Below, one piece after another: positions 47,619 to 58,961 of a DNA stretch of 64,000 nt. The position numbers and the translations under genes are program-made. The stretch covers positions 21,929-85,928 of the forward strand of contig CAYOSQ010000005.1 of NCBI GenBank assembly GCA_964406665.1, given 5' to 3'. This stretch comes from an uncultured Planctomycetia bacterium (lineage in GTDB: Bacteria > Omnitrophota > Gorgyraeia > VGKH01 > JBHPFN01). Below the pieces are notes generated by a model. That model had not been told where the DNA came from and searched no databases. It saw only the letters and a list, made by a program, of their open reading frames with translations. Position 1 is the stretch's first letter. Every line of letters starts with the position of its first letter.

Positions 47619-48832
47619 GAGTCTTGCGTGATACCAGTAAAGAATTAGAGAAAATTTATAATCGCCAGCTTTTTAGAAAAAAGAGCATTGCTCAGAAAGT
47701 TGCAAAGATAGTTGATGATGTCGCTCATCATGGGGATGATGCACTGCTGAAATATACCCGTAGATTTGATAGAGTAAAGTTGTCTTCTCGTCAATTGGTT
47801 GTCTCTGAGGCAGAGATAAGCGCAGCATATCAAAACATTACGCCTGATTTTGTTTCGAGTTTAAAAGTAATTATTGAAAATATTACAAAGTTTTATAAGA
47901 AGCAACAGAAGAAATCTTGGCGCCTTAAGGGAGATGATGGGATAATTTTAGGTGAGCAGATTCAGCCACTTGATACTGTGGGCATTTATATTCCTGGTGG
48001 TACTGCAGCTTTGGCATCGTCAGTATATATGACAGTTCTTCCTGCAAAGATTGCTGGAGTAAAAAGAATTATCCTTATGACACCTCCAGGTAAGAATGTT
48101 TATGTTGACCCACATATTCTGGTTGTTGCAAATTTACTTAAGGTTAAAGAGATTTATCGAGTTGGTGGTGCACAGGCTATTGCAGCTATGGCTTTCGGTA
48201 CAAAAACAATTCCTAGGGTTGATAAGATTGTTGGTCCAGGAAATATTTATGTAACCGAGGCAAAACGTCAGCTTTATGGGTTTGTTGATATAGATATGCT
48301 AGCTGGGCCGACAGAACTTGTAGTTATTGCTAATAGATATAGCAATCCACAATATGTAATTGCTGATTTAAAAGCTCAGGAAGAGCATCTTAAGGGGTTG
48401 TCTATATTGATAACTAACTCTAAATCTTTAATTAAACAAGTTAAGAATCAGGTTTCTACCGGATATGCTATCTTGGTTAAGAATGTAAATCAGGCAGTTG
48501 ATATAGCAAATAAGATCGCCCCGGAACATCTAGAAATACTGACCAATAATCCATTAAAGGTGGTCAAAAAAATTAAACATGCTGGTGCAATATTTCTTGG
48601 CCCGTATAGCCCAACCGCTGTAGGTGATTATGTTGCTGGACCAAGCCATGTATTGCCTACTTCTGGAACAGCAAGATTTTTCTCTGGATTAAGCTTGCAG
48701 GATTTCTTTAAAACGAGCCACGTAATTTCTTATTCCAAGAAGGCGCTTGAGAAAGTCAGAGGACCGTTAGAGAAAATATCTAGCATTGAAGGATTAAATA
48801 AACACACTGATTCAGTAAAGATAAGGTTTTAG
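47615..48832 (+). CDS. hisD: Histidinol dehydrogenase
   Basis: Full-length HisD similarity ('GIYIPGGTAALASSV', 'AGPSHVLPT'). Confidence 0.9.
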   Translation: MRVLRDTSKELEKIYNRQLFRKKSIAQKVAKIVDDVAHHGDDALLKYTRRFDRVKLSSRQLVVSEAEISAAYQNITPDFVSSLKVIIENITKFYKKQQKKSWRLKGDDGIILGEQIQPLDTVGIYIPGGTAALASSVYMTVLPAKIAGVKRIILMTPPGKNVYVDPHILVVANLLKVKEIYRVGGAQAIAAMAFGTKTIPRVDKIVGPGNIYVTEAKRQLYGFVDIDMLAGPTELVVIANRYSNPQYVIADLKAQEEHLKGLSILITNSKSLIKQVKNQVSTGYAILVKNVNQAVDIANKIAPEHLEILTNNPLKVVKKIKHAGAIFLGPYSPTAVGDYVAGPSHVLPTSGTARFFSGLSLQDFFKTSHVISYSKKALEKVRGPLEKISSIEGLNKHTDSVKIRF

Positions 48833-48847
48833 TAGAAAGGATTACTT

Positions 48848-49468
48848 ATGGTAAATAAGTCAAATAACCGTATTGCAGAGGTTAAGAGAAAAACAAAAGA
48901 AACAGAAATATCTCTTAAATTGAATATTGATGGAAAAGGTGAATCTTCCATAGAAACAGGTATTGGACTTCTAGATCACATGTTAGACCTTTTTGCTTTT
49001 CATGGTTTATTTGATTTGGATATTAAGGCCAAAGGTGATATAGAAAAGATTGATTTACATCACACCAATGAGGACATTGGTATTGTATTGGGTAAGGCTT
49101 TTAAAGAGGCACTTGGTGAGAAGGGCAGCATAAGACGCTTTGGTACTTCTTCTGTGCCTATGGAGCAGGTTGTTGCAACTGTTACTGCAGATATTAGCGG
49201 CAGGGGATATTTAGTCCTAGAAGTTAAAGAACCAGGACAGCTTCCTAAGCCTGAAGAAGGATATCAATTTTCGGATGTTGAGCATTTTCTGGATTCTTTT
49301 GCGAAAAATTTAGGAATGAATCTTGCGGTTAAAGTTGATACTCCTGGCCAGGATTTACACACTGATATTGAGCCGATATTTAAAGCTTTAGGGATTGCCA
49401 TGGATCAGGCTACTCAAATTGATCCTCGCAGAGAAGGAATACCCTCCACTAAAGGCGTGATAGATTAA
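48848..49468 (+). CDS. hisB: Imidazoleglycerol-phosphate dehydratase
   Basis: 'DHMLDLFAFHG', 'HHTNEDIGIVLG' metal-binding motifs. Confidence 0.9.
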   Translation: MVNKSNNRIAEVKRKTKETEISLKLNIDGKGESSIETGIGLLDHMLDLFAFHGLFDLDIKAKGDIEKIDLHHTNEDIGIVLGKAFKEALGEKGSIRRFGTSSVPMEQVVATVTADISGRGYLVLEVKEPGQLPKPEEGYQFSDVEHFLDSFAKNLGMNLAVKVDTPGQDLHTDIEPIFKALGIAMDQATQIDPRREGIPSTKGVID

Positions 49469-50073
49469 TGATTGTCGTTGTTGACTACGGAACCGGAAAT
49501 CTGCGCAGTGTTCAGAAAGCATTGGAGTCAGTTGGTGCTGATGCGAAGATTTCTAGCGATGTTAAGGAAATAAAGAATGCGCAGAAGCTTGTTCTTCCAG
49601 GAGTTGGTGCTTTTGGACAGGCAATGAATAAACTTTCTGATTGTGGGTTGGTTTCTGCGATAAAAGATTATATTGATTCTAAAAGACCTTTTTTAGGAAT
49701 TTGTTTGGGGTTACAGCTTTTGTTTACTGAGAGCGAAGAATGTTCTGGCTTAAAAGGTTTGGATATTTTTCCTGGAAAAGTACGCAAATTTTCTAAGCTA
49801 AAAGTTCCCCACATGGGTTGGAATCAGATTGTGATTGCAGATGATAAAAAAGATAACGTTTTGTTTAAAGGATTAGACGGTGGAGCATATGCTTATTTTT
49901 GTCATTCATATTATGTTGATCCCAAAGATAAACAAATAGCTGCTACTACAACTTCTTATGGATTAGATTTTGTTTCTATGATCGCAGTTGATAATGTTTG
50001 GGCTGTACAGTTTCACCCTGAAAAAAGTCAGGATGTTGGGCTTAAGATGCTGAAGAATTTCGTGGAGATTTAA
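49468..50073 (+). CDS. hisH: Imidazole glycerol phosphate synthase glutaminase subunit
   Basis: 'MIVVVDYGTGNLRSV', catalytic 'GICLGLQLL', 'HPEKS'. Confidence 0.9.
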   Translation: MIVVVDYGTGNLRSVQKALESVGADAKISSDVKEIKNAQKLVLPGVGAFGQAMNKLSDCGLVSAIKDYIDSKRPFLGICLGLQLLFTESEECSGLKGLDIFPGKVRKFSKLKVPHMGWNQIVIADDKKDNVLFKGLDGGAYAYFCHSYYVDPKDKQIAATTTSYGLDFVSMIAVDNVWAVQFHPEKSQDVGLKMLKNFVEI

Positions 50074-50074
50074 A

Positions 50075-50806
50075 ATGGATATTATACCTGCAATAGATTT
50101 AAAAGACGGCAAGGTTGTTCGTCTCACACAGGGAAAGTTTCAGGAGGTAACAATTTATTCTGACAACCCTGTTGACACTGCCAAGAAATGGGTAGAATTT
50201 GGTGCGCAATCTCTGCATGTGGTTGATTTAGATGGAGCAGTAGCTGGTGAGAGTAAGAATATGCAGATAATTTCTCAGATAGCTAGACAGGTAGATGTCC
50301 CTATTCAAGTTGGTGGCGGCATTAGGGATGAGGAAGCTATTTTACAACTGTTTAATGCTGGGGTTAATAGGGTTGTCTTGGGAACAAAAGCTGTTGAGGA
50401 TAGTTCTTTTGTGGAATCTGTTACTAGTCAGTTTGGAAGCAGGATAATCGTCAGCATTGATAGCTCAATGGGTAAGGTTGCTACTGACGGATGGACTAGC
50501 ATTACTCAACAGGATGCTTTTGAATTAGCTAAGTCTTTTGAGAAGATCGGTGTAAAGACACTTATTTTTACAGACATCTCACGTGATGGTACGTTAATTG
50601 GGCCGAATTTTGCTAATATTGAAAAAATGCTAGCTGCAGTTAGCATACCTATAATTGCTGCTGGGGGAATTTCAAATATTGAAGATATAAAGAAGCTTTT
50701 GGATATGAGCCCTAAGGGTATAGAGGGTGTTATAATTGGGAAAGCTTTATATGAAACCAAAGTATTTTTAAAGGAGGCTATTGATCTGTGCTCGCCAGAC
50801 GAATAA
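50075..50806 (+). CDS. hisA: 1-(5-phosphoribosyl)-5-[(5-phosphoribosylamino)methylideneamino]imidazole-4-carboxamide isomerase
   Basis: '[17 protein letters not shown]', 'GGGIRDEE', '[13 protein letters not shown]'. Confidence 0.9.
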   Translation: MDIIPAIDLKDGKVVRLTQGKFQEVTIYSDNPVDTAKKWVEFGAQSLHVVDLDGAVAGESKNMQIISQIARQVDVPIQVGGGIRDEEAILQLFNAGVNRVVLGTKAVEDSSFVESVTSQFGSRIIVSIDSSMGKVATDGWTSITQQDAFELAKSFEKIGVKTLIFTDISRDGTLIGPNFANIEKMLAAVSIPIIAAGGISNIEDIKKLLDMSPKGIEGVIIGKALYETKVFLKEAIDLCSPDE

Positions 50807-51543
50807 TCCCATGTTTAGATGTTAAGGACGGCCGAGTTGTCAAAGGTGTTCGCTTTGTTTCTTTAAGGGATGCCGGAGATCCTGTTGAAGTAGCCGCAAC
50901 GTATAATCAAGAAGGGGCAGATGAAATAGTATTTTTAGATATTACTGCAAGTTTTGAAAAGCGTCCTATATTGATTGATGTTGTAAGAAGAACTGCTGAG
51001 CGTGTTTTCATGCCCTTAACCGTTGGCGGTGGGATAAGAAATATCGATGATATTAGAGAGTTGCTTAATGCCGGTGCTGATAAAATTTCAATCAACACTC
51101 AGGCAATTAAGACACCGGAGTTGGTTAAGGAGTCAGCTGATAAATTCGGCAGTCAGTGTATTGTTGTTGCAGTTGATGCTAAGAATGCAGGAGATCATTG
51201 GCAAGTGTATATAAATGGAGGAAGAACTCCGATAGATAAAGATGCGATAAGCTGGGTAAAAGAGGTAGAATCTCTCGGTGCTGGTGAAATATTGCTCACA
51301 AGTATGGATTGTGATGGTACAAAAGACGGATATGATTTACCTTTAACAAAAGCTATTTGTGATGCGGTAAATATTCCTGTGATTGCATCCGGTGGGGCAG
51401 GAAACTTAGAACATTTCTCTGATGTGTTTACCAAGACTACTGCTGATGCAGCTTTAGCGGCAAGTATATTTCATTATCAAGAAATAGGTATAAAGCAAGT
51501 TAAGAATTACCTAAAAGAAAAAAGGATTGAAATAAGACCATGA
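50788..51543 (+). CDS. hisF: Imidazole glycerol phosphate synthase cyclase subunit
   Basis: '[20 protein letters not shown]', 'TVGGGIR', '[12 protein letters not shown]'. Confidence 0.9.
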   Translation: MLARRIIPCLDVKDGRVVKGVRFVSLRDAGDPVEVAATYNQEGADEIVFLDITASFEKRPILIDVVRRTAERVFMPLTVGGGIRNIDDIRELLNAGADKISINTQAIKTPELVKESADKFGSQCIVVAVDAKNAGDHWQVYINGGRTPIDKDAISWVKEVESLGAGEILLTSMDCDGTKDGYDLPLTKAICDAVNIPVIASGGAGNLEHFSDVFTKTTADAALAASIFHYQEIGIKQVKNYLKEKRIEIRP

Positions 51544-51872
51544 AAGCATTAACTTTAAAAAATATTAAAAACTTGAAATTTGACAAAAAAGGATTAATTC
51601 CTGTAATTATCCAGGATTATAAGGTTAATGATGTTCTTATGCTTGCATATATGAACAAAGATTCAATCAAAAGAACTATTAAGCTGAAAAAGACGTGTTT
51701 TTGGTCGCGTTCACGTAAGAAATTCTGGGTGAAAGGGGAAACCTCAGGACATTTTCAAATTGTTAAGAAAATATATTTTGACTGCGATGCAGATACTTTA
51801 TTAATTAAGGTTAGGCAAGTTGGAGTTGCATGCCATACAGGTAAGAGGAGTTGTTTTTTTAGAACACTATGA
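51540..51872 (+). CDS. hisI: Phosphoribosyl-AMP cyclohydrolase (HisI domain only)
   Basis: '[25 protein letters not shown]...[17 protein letters not shown]...CDADTLL...CHTGKRSCF'. Confidence 0.85.
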   Translation: MKALTLKNIKNLKFDKKGLIPVIIQDYKVNDVLMLAYMNKDSIKRTIKLKKTCFWSRSRKKFWVKGETSGHFQIVKKIYFDCDADTLLIKVRQVGVACHTGKRSCFFRTL

Positions 51873-53380
51873 TTTATCCGTCAAAGAAAGAATTCTTAAA
51901 ATTAAGCAAAAAAGGTAATGTTATTCCTGTTTATAAGGAAGTCTTAGCTGATTTTGATTCGCCGGTTTCTGCATATTTGAAACTTAGTAAATCTAAATAT
52001 TCATTTTTGTTGGAATCAGTTGAAGGTGAAGAAAAGGTTGCTCGTTATTCTTTCTTGGGAGATAGCCCATCATTGATATTTGAGAGTAAAGCCAGTAAGA
52101 TAAAAATAATTCGTTTCAGAGGAAAAACAAAAAGAGTCAAAGTCTACACTGCTAAACTCGATGCTTTAGAAGAAATTAAAAGAATAATGCAGCAGTATAA
52201 GTTCGTATCAGTAAAAGGATTACCCCGATTTTCCGGAGGTTTAGTTGGGTATATAGGCTATGATATGGTAAGATTTTTTGAGCCACGTCTTCAAAAAACA
52301 GGAAAGATAAATCCTGATGATTTAAAACTTCAAGATGTTGTAATGGTTCTTGCTGATAAATTAGTAATTTTTGATCATCGAGAACATACGCTAAAGATAA
52401 TTTATTGTATTCATACAGATTCTTCTAAAAGCTCTCCATCTAAATTGTATGACAATGCTGTTAAAGAAATCGAAGTCAGATCTCAAAAGCTTGAGAAGGC
52501 ATTGGGCTCGAAATCCACATCTCTTCATAAATCAATCTTTGATTTTAATGCTAAATCCAATTTTTCTAAAAGTCGATTTGAAGAAGCTGTTAGAAAGGCA
52601 AAGAAGTATATAAGATCAGGCGATATTATTCAAGCAGTTTTATCTCAGAGATTCCGCTTGAAGCTGCGCACCGATTCATTTAATATTTACAGAGCTCTCA
52701 GACAGATTAATCCGTCTGCATATATGTATTATCTTAAATTTGATAAACTGAGTATCGTAGGATCGTCCCCGGAACTTCTTGTCCGTTGTGAGGATAGATT
52801 AGTACAGACTCGTCCTATCGCCGGGACAAGACAACGAGGCAAGAACGAAAAGGAAGATGAGGCATTAAGTAAAAATCTTATTAACGATAAGAAAGAAAGA
52901 GCCGAGCACATTATGCTTGTTGATTTAGGACGCAATGATTTAGGACGGGTTTGTGAAAGAGGTTCGGTTAAGCTTTCTGAGTTTATGAAGATAGAGAAGT
53001 TTTCACACGTAATGCATATTGTTAGTAATGTGGTGGGTAAGCTTTCAAAGAATAAAAATATTTATGATTTATTGCGCGCAACGTTTCCCGCAGGTACCGT
53101 AACAGGGGCTCCGAAAATCAGGGCAATGGAAATAATTGACGAATTAGAAAATGTCAAAAGAGGGCCTTACGCAGGGTGCATCGGTTACTTTAGTTTTTCC
53201 GGGAACTTAGATACTTGTATCACAATAAGGACAATAGTTGTTAAGGGTAATGTGGCTTATATGCAAGCTGGAGCAGGAATTGTTGCTGATTCTAAACCGA
53301 GCAAAGAGTATTTAGAAACAGTGAATAAAGCAAAGGCTCAGTTGTTGGCCATACAATTAGCACAAAATTATTTTAAATAA
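51869..53380 (+). CDS. Chorismate-utilising enzyme, anthranilate synthase component I-like (TrpE/PabB family)
   Basis: 'PIAGTRQRG', '[17 protein letters not shown]', '[15 protein letters not shown]', '[24 protein letters not shown]'. No adjacent glutamine amidotransferase partner gene. Confidence 0.8.
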   Translation: MIYPSKKEFLKLSKKGNVIPVYKEVLADFDSPVSAYLKLSKSKYSFLLESVEGEEKVARYSFLGDSPSLIFESKASKIKIIRFRGKTKRVKVYTAKLDALEEIKRIMQQYKFVSVKGLPRFSGGLVGYIGYDMVRFFEPRLQKTGKINPDDLKLQDVVMVLADKLVIFDHREHTLKIIYCIHTDSSKSSPSKLYDNAVKEIEVRSQKLEKALGSKSTSLHKSIFDFNAKSNFSKSRFEEAVRKAKKYIRSGDIIQAVLSQRFRLKLRTDSFNIYRALRQINPSAYMYYLKFDKLSIVGSSPELLVRCEDRLVQTRPIAGTRQRGKNEKEDEALSKNLINDKKERAEHIMLVDLGRNDLGRVCERGSVKLSEFMKIEKFSHVMHIVSNVVGKLSKNKNIYDLLRATFPAGTVTGAPKIRAMEIIDELENVKRGPYAGCIGYFSFSGNLDTCITIRTIVVKGNVAYMQAGAGIVADSKPSKEYLETVNKAKAQLLAIQLAQNYFK

Positions 53381-53394
53381 GGAGGAGTTGAAAA

Positions 53395-53637
53395 ATGTCT
53401 GTACGTTTAAGGTTGAAGAAAGTTGGTAAGAGTTCAAAGGGGGCATATAATTACAGAATTGTTGCCTGTACTAAAACAGCGGCAAGAGACGGTCGTTTCT
53501 TAGATGAGATTGGCTATTACGATCCAGCAAAAAAGCCTGCTTCGGTAAAAATCAATAAAGCAAAGGCCGAATATTGGCTAAAAAAAGGAGCTATTCCATC
53601 TAATACTGTAAAAAGTTTATTAAAAAAGGAGAAATAA
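53395..53637 (+). CDS. rpsP: 30S ribosomal protein S16
   Basis: 'MSVRLRLKKVGKSSKGAYNYRIVA...DGRFLDEIGYYDP'. Confidence 0.9.
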   Translation: MSVRLRLKKVGKSSKGAYNYRIVACTKTAARDGRFLDEIGYYDPAKKPASVKINKAKAEYWLKKGAIPSNTVKSLLKKEK

Positions 53638-53640
53638 AAC

Positions 53641-53922
53641 ATGAACGGAGCACCTCAAGGAAGTCCTATGGTACATTTTATTCCTATAATTCTGATTTTC
53701 GGAATTTTCTATTTTTTACTTATCCGTCCTCAGAAACAGAAACAGGATGAGCATAAGACAATGGTTTCTGGTCTTAAGAAGAATGATGAAGTTATAACTG
53801 CCGGGGGAATTCACGGCACTGTTGTGAATGTTAAAGATAGAAGTGTAATCGTCAGAGTTGATGATAATGTAAAGATTGAGATAGAGAGAGATTTTGTAAG
53901 TACAATTGTTAAAAAGGCATAA
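53641..53922 (+). CDS. yajC: Preprotein translocase subunit YajC
   Basis: Single TM followed by 'LKKNDEVITAGGIHGTVVNVKD'. Confidence 0.8.
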   Translation: MNGAPQGSPMVHFIPIILIFGIFYFLLIRPQKQKQDEHKTMVSGLKKNDEVITAGGIHGTVVNVKDRSVIVRVDDNVKIEIERDFVSTIVKKA

Positions 53923-53927
53923 TTATT

Positions 53928-56135
53928 ATGAAGATGAATAAAGATTTAAGGGTAAAACTTGTTTTCATTTTAGGAGTTGTTATTCTGTTTAGCTGGTTTG
54001 CTTTTCCTCTAGAGAAAAGAATCAACTTAGGCTTGGACTTAAAGGGCGGTATGCATCTAGTGTTAAGGGTAGATACTGCAAATTTATCCGAAAATGCTAA
54101 AACAGATGCTGTGGAGCGTGCTTTAGAGATTATCAGGAATAGAATTGATGAGTTTGGTGTCGGAGAGCCTTCGATCCAGCGTCAGGGAGAAGAAGAGATC
54201 GTTGTTCAGCTTCCTGGTATAACTGATAGAAACCGGGCTATAGAATTGATTGGAAGAACAGCTCTTCTGGAATTTAAACTGGTAAATGCTGATCCTGAAA
54301 AATTAAAACACTCTGCTGAGGGAAATGTCCCTGAAGGGTATGAGCTAAAAACCTATATGAAAGATGAAGAGGAAGCTCAGCTGCTTATTGAAAAAAAGGC
54401 TGTTTTAATCGGAGATGCAGTTGTTGATGCTCAAGTTAGTTTTGACAGAACCGGTTTTGGTGAGCCGTATGTTAGCCTTAAATTTAACTCTCAGGGTGCT
54501 AGAGAGTTTGCAAAGATAACACGTGAAAATGTTGGTAAACAATTAGCAATTGTTTTGGATGGAAAAGTTCATTCTGCTCCTGTTATCAGGGAAGCAATTC
54601 CTTCGGGGGAGGCGCAGATTACCGGAAGCTTTGATCTTAATGAAGCAAGGGACTTATCTATTATTTTAAGAGTTGGCGCTCTTCCTGCGCCTATGTATAT
54701 CGAAGAAGAAAGAACTGTTGGTCCTTTATTGGGTCAAGATTCAATTAATAGCGGAATTAAAGCATGTCTTATCGGTGGAGCGCTTGTTTTATTATTCATG
54801 ACAGTTTATTATTTTAACGCCGGAATAATCGCAAATATCGCATTGATGCTTAATATGGTTCTTATCCTTGGTGCTTTAGGGATGTTTCGTGTATTGCTTC
54901 TACAGCAGCAGGTAACTTTAACTCTTCCTGGTATTGCTGGTATTGTTTTAACATTAGGTATGGCAGTGGATGCTAATGTTTTGATCAATGAAAGGATCAG
55001 GGAAGAGCTTCGTATCGGCCGGCCGCTTTATGCAGCAATCAGAAGTGGATATAACAAAGCGTTTAGTGCGATTATTGATTCAAACGTTACAACCCTTATT
55101 GCGGCTTTTCTTCTGTTTCAGTTTGGTACGGGTCCGATAAGAGGTTTTGCCGTAACTTTAACCATAGGTATTTTAGTAAGTTTATTTACTGCAATCTTTG
55201 TAACGCGTACCATCTTTGAGACATTAATTGCTATGAAGTTGATGAAGAAGATTCATATGGTGCCGTTTCTTACGAATACAAAGTTTGATTTTGTCGGTAA
55301 GCGAAAAATATTTTATGCTTTTTCTATTGTCTTGATTATTTTCGGTTTGATTGTTTTTCAAGGTAAAGGAAAAGATAAATACGGAATTGATTTTTCCGGA
55401 GGAGAATTGCAGAGGTACAAATTTCAACAAGTCGTTTCTATCGAAGATATACGTGATAGCTTAAAGGAAGTAGGTCTTGCAGAATCTACTATTTTGCCGT
55501 TTAAGGATAGTCCTAGGGCAGTAGCAATAAGGACTTTCGAAGAGAGCTCAAATAAAGTACAAGAGGTTTTTAAAGAAAAGTTTCCCAATAACAAATTTGA
55601 GATCATGGGAATCGAAAAAGTTGGACCTCTTGTTGGCCAGGAGTTAAGAAAGAGGGCAATGCAGGCAATTCTTTTCGCGCTTTTGGGTATTCTTATATAT
55701 GTGGGATTTCGTTTTAAGCATTTTAATTATGCCGCAGCAGGAATTATTGCACTTTTCCATGATGTGTTTTTGACTATTGGCATCTTGGCAATTATGGGTA
55801 GGTCTATAGACCTGCTTGTTGTAACAGCCCTTTTGACTATTGCGGGTTATTCGATTAATGATACGATAGTTATTTTCGACCGAGTCCGTGAAATAGAGCG
55901 AACCCATGGACGTAAAGCATCGCTGGGTGAGATTATAAATTTAGGAGTTAATCAAACCCTTTCAAGAACTATTCTTACCACAGTTCTGACATTATTGGTT
56001 GTATTTGCCTTATTCTTTTTCGGCGGTGAAGTTTTAAACAGCTTTGCTCTTGCATTGATAATTGGAATTAGTTCGGGGGTGTATTCAACTATTTTCATTG
56101 CTTCACCACTGGTTTTAGCTTGGCAGAAAAAATAA
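53928..56135 (+). CDS. secDF: Protein translocase subunit SecDF (fused)
   Basis: 735 aa. SecD periplasmic domain and 6 TM helices, then SecF-like domain and 6 TM helices. Confidence 0.9.
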   Translation: MKMNKDLRVKLVFILGVVILFSWFAFPLEKRINLGLDLKGGMHLVLRVDTANLSENAKTDAVERALEIIRNRIDEFGVGEPSIQRQGEEEIVVQLPGITDRNRAIELIGRTALLEFKLVNADPEKLKHSAEGNVPEGYELKTYMKDEEEAQLLIEKKAVLIGDAVVDAQVSFDRTGFGEPYVSLKFNSQGAREFAKITRENVGKQLAIVLDGKVHSAPVIREAIPSGEAQITGSFDLNEARDLSIILRVGALPAPMYIEEERTVGPLLGQDSINSGIKACLIGGALVLLFMTVYYFNAGIIANIALMLNMVLILGALGMFRVLLLQQQVTLTLPGIAGIVLTLGMAVDANVLINERIREELRIGRPLYAAIRSGYNKAFSAIIDSNVTTLIAAFLLFQFGTGPIRGFAVTLTIGILVSLFTAIFVTRTIFETLIAMKLMKKIHMVPFLTNTKFDFVGKRKIFYAFSIVLIIFGLIVFQGKGKDKYGIDFSGGELQRYKFQQVVSIEDIRDSLKEVGLAESTILPFKDSPRAVAIRTFEESSNKVQEVFKEKFPNNKFEIMGIEKVGPLVGQELRKRAMQAILFALLGILIYVGFRFKHFNYAAAGIIALFHDVFLTIGILAIMGRSIDLLVVTALLTIAGYSINDTIVIFDRVREIERTHGRKASLGEIINLGVNQTLSRTILTTVLTLLVVFALFFFGGEVLNSFALALIIGISSGVYSTIFIASPLVLAWQKK

Positions 56136-56139
56136 TCAA

Positions 56140-58029
56140 ATGTTCAGATCTATCAAGCTTTATTCTTCAGGGTCTATTAGTCTTGAGGAACTAAGGCAAA
56201 CTTTAATTGATTTTGGCTATAAAAGAGTCGCTGGGATTTGTGAAGAAGGTGATTTCTCCGTAAAGGGAGGAATCGTTGATGTTTATCCTGCCAGCTTCGA
56301 TTGTCCTATCCGCATAGACTTGGATATGGATAAAGTAAATTCCATATTCAGTTTTAATATCATAAACGGTAAACGTTTATGGGAACATTCTACAGTAATA
56401 ATCCTGCCAATCAAAAGAACGAAAACTACCCGACATGCAAAGTTTTCCGAGGAGCAACCGATAGAGAATTTTATTGAGTTGCAAGAGGGAGATTATGCAG
56501 TTCATGTTAACCACGGGGTGGGAAGATATTTAGGAATAGAAAAACTCAGGACAGAAGAAAACTTTAGGGATCATTTTGTCTTAGAATATGATGGAGGCGA
56601 TAAACTCTATGTTCCTACAGAACATATGCATTTAATTCAGAAATATATCGCATTTCAAGGTGGACAACCAAAACTATATAAGCTGGGTTCTAGAGAGTGG
56701 CAGAAAGTAAAAAACAGAACAAAAAAGAACATCAAGAAATTGGCTTTAGATCTTCTTCAGGTTCAGGCACTGCGTAATAGTCTTCCGGGTTTTAAATTTT
56801 CAAAAGATGCTGATTGGCAGAAGCAATTTGAGGAAACATTTACTTTTGTAGAGACTCCCGATCAAGCCAAGGCAACAGAAGAAGTAAAAAAAGATATGGA
56901 GTCAGAAAGGCCGATGGACAGACTTGTTTGTGGAGATGTTGGATATGGAAAAACTGAGGTGGCCATGCGGGCAGCCTTTAAAGCCGTAATGAGCAATAAG
57001 CAAGTTGCTTTTCTGGTACCCACAACTATTCTTGCCGAACAGCATTATTATAACTTTACTAAACGCTTAAAGAAATTTCCTATCCGTGTTGAAATGCTCA
57101 GTCGTTTTAATTCTCCTAGACAGCAGAAGAAGATTGTTGAAGACTTAAAAAAAGGTAGTGTTGATATTGTTATAGGAACTCATAGATTGTTATCCGGGGA
57201 TATCAATTATAAAGATTTGGGTCTTGTTATAATAGATGAAGAACAACGTTTCGGGGTAAAAGCTAAAGAAAAGTTTAAGCATCTAAGGCTTTTAGTTGAT
57301 GTGATTACTTTAACTGCTACACCAATTCCGCGAACTTTGTATATGGCAGTAATGAATGCAAAAGATATGTCTGTTATAAATACCCCACCAGAGAACCGGA
57401 TTCCTGTTAGGACACATGTTGCACAGGCTGACGATGTTTTAATTAAGCAGGCAATTGCCAGGGAACTGTCAAGAAAAGGCCAGGTTTACTTTGTGCATAA
57501 CCGTGTTGAGGGAATTGAAGAAATTAAAGAAAAGGTTGAGAAGTTGTCTAAATCGCGTAAAATAGGATTAGCGCATGGTCAGATGCCTTCTAAGCTACTG
57601 GAAAAGGTTATCCTTTCTTTTTTGAAAGGCGAGTTAGACATCTTGGTTTGTACGATGATTATTGAATCCGGAATGGATATACCTAATGCGAACACTTTAA
57701 TTGTTAATAGGGCAGACAACTTTGGCTTGGCAGATTTACACCAGTTGCGCGGCCGCGTGGGACGGTTTAATAAACAAGCATACGCTTACTTTTTATTTCC
57801 TAAACATGGGATTTTAACTTCTGATGCCCAACGACGACTAGAGGCAATTGAACGATTTAGTAGTCTTGGTTCAGGATTTAATATTGCTTTTGAAGATTTA
57901 CAGATTAGAGGTGCAGGAAATATTTTAGGGTCTCAGCAGCATGGGTACATAAGTGCAGTTGGATTTGATTTGTATTGTAGGATGTTAAGGGAAGTAATTT
58001 CTCAAATCAACTATAGGAGTGGAAAATGA
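56140..58029 (+). CDS. mfd: Short Mfd-like transcription-repair coupling factor (RNAP-interacting domain + SF2 translocase; lacks UvrB-homology N-module and C-terminal D7)
   Basis: RID/CarD-like 'LQEGDYAVHVNHGVGRYLGIE', helicase motifs 'GDVGYGKTEVA', 'DEEQRFG', 'TATPIPRT', 'QLRGRVGR'. Only 629 aa, starting 4 nt after secDF. Confidence 0.75.
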   Translation: MFRSIKLYSSGSISLEELRQTLIDFGYKRVAGICEEGDFSVKGGIVDVYPASFDCPIRIDLDMDKVNSIFSFNIINGKRLWEHSTVIILPIKRTKTTRHAKFSEEQPIENFIELQEGDYAVHVNHGVGRYLGIEKLRTEENFRDHFVLEYDGGDKLYVPTEHMHLIQKYIAFQGGQPKLYKLGSREWQKVKNRTKKNIKKLALDLLQVQALRNSLPGFKFSKDADWQKQFEETFTFVETPDQAKATEEVKKDMESERPMDRLVCGDVGYGKTEVAMRAAFKAVMSNKQVAFLVPTTILAEQHYYNFTKRLKKFPIRVEMLSRFNSPRQQKKIVEDLKKGSVDIVIGTHRLLSGDINYKDLGLVIIDEEQRFGVKAKEKFKHLRLLVDVITLTATPIPRTLYMAVMNAKDMSVINTPPENRIPVRTHVAQADDVLIKQAIARELSRKGQVYFVHNRVEGIEEIKEKVEKLSKSRKIGLAHGQMPSKLLEKVILSFLKGELDILVCTMIIESGMDIPNANTLIVNRADNFGLADLHQLRGRVGRFNKQAYAYFLFPKHGILTSDAQRRLEAIERFSSLGSGFNIAFEDLQIRGAGNILGSQQHGYISAVGFDLYCRMLREVISQINYRSGK

Positions 58030-58961
58030 GTATTAAGTTACTAAGAGCATTAATATTTTGTTTTTTGGGTTTAACTTTTTTAATTGCTGGCGAAATTTAT
58101 GCAGTGGAGGATAGGATTGTAGCTGTAGTCAATAATGAGATTATTACAAAAAGCTATATGGATAATTTTATTAATTTGTTGAATATTCAGACGCAGACAA
58201 ACAATTTAACTGATTCCCTGGGAGAAGATGCAGAAGAGATTGAAAAGCAGGTCTTGGAAAGATTAATTGAGGACAGGTTGATTCTTCAAGAAGCTCAGCG
58301 TCAAGGCATTGAAGCTGACGAAGAATTAATTAATGAAAAAATAAACGGACTAAGAGATAGTTTTAATTCTGTAGAAATGTTTAATGAGTATCTTTCCATG
58401 CAGGGTTTTACTATAGCTGATTTACAGCAGACCATTGCAGAACAAATTATTATGCGTAATATAGTTCAGCGGGAAGTAAAAAATAAGATTTTCGTCCATC
58501 CAAAGGAAGTAACCGATTATTTTAATGAGTTCGCTGAGCAATTTCGCAAACCAGAAAGTGTTAATCTGGACTCAATTTTTATCGGAAATCAACAAAGTAA
58601 GAAAGAGACAAAAAAGCAAGTTAAAGAAGCCGTGAAGCTTTTAAAAGAAGGCAAGGGTTTCAAGGAAGTTGCTGCAGGTTATTCAGATATTGATTCTTTA
58701 GGGATTGTTTTTCGTGGGCAGCTAATGAAAGAAATAGAAGATGTCATTTTTAGTTTAAAGGTTGGAGAAATAAGTAATCCGGTTGAAATAGATACAGGAT
58801 ACTTTATTTTTGTAATTCTTGAAAAAATATCTCCATCAGCGAAAGCTTTAAAAGAAGTCCAGTCTCAAATCCATCAGCAAATTTTTGAGGAAAAGTTTCA
58901 GCAAAGATTCGTGGAGTGGACCGATAAACTCAAGGAAGATGCTTACATCGTCATCAAATAA
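58026..58961 (+). CDS. SurA/PrsA-like periplasmic chaperone peptidyl-prolyl isomerase
   Basis: Signal peptide. SurA N-terminal chaperone region ('VAVVNNEIITKSYMDNF'). One parvulin-like domain ('GYFIFVILEK'). Confidence 0.65.
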   Translation: MSIKLLRALIFCFLGLTFLIAGEIYAVEDRIVAVVNNEIITKSYMDNFINLLNIQTQTNNLTDSLGEDAEEIEKQVLERLIEDRLILQEAQRQGIEADEELINEKINGLRDSFNSVEMFNEYLSMQGFTIADLQQTIAEQIIMRNIVQREVKNKIFVHPKEVTDYFNEFAEQFRKPESVNLDSIFIGNQQSKKETKKQVKEAVKLLKEGKGFKEVAAGYSDIDSLGIVFRGQLMKEIEDVIFSLKVGEISNPVEIDTGYFIFVILEKISPSAKALKEVQSQIHQQIFEEKFQQRFVEWTDKLKEDAYIVIK

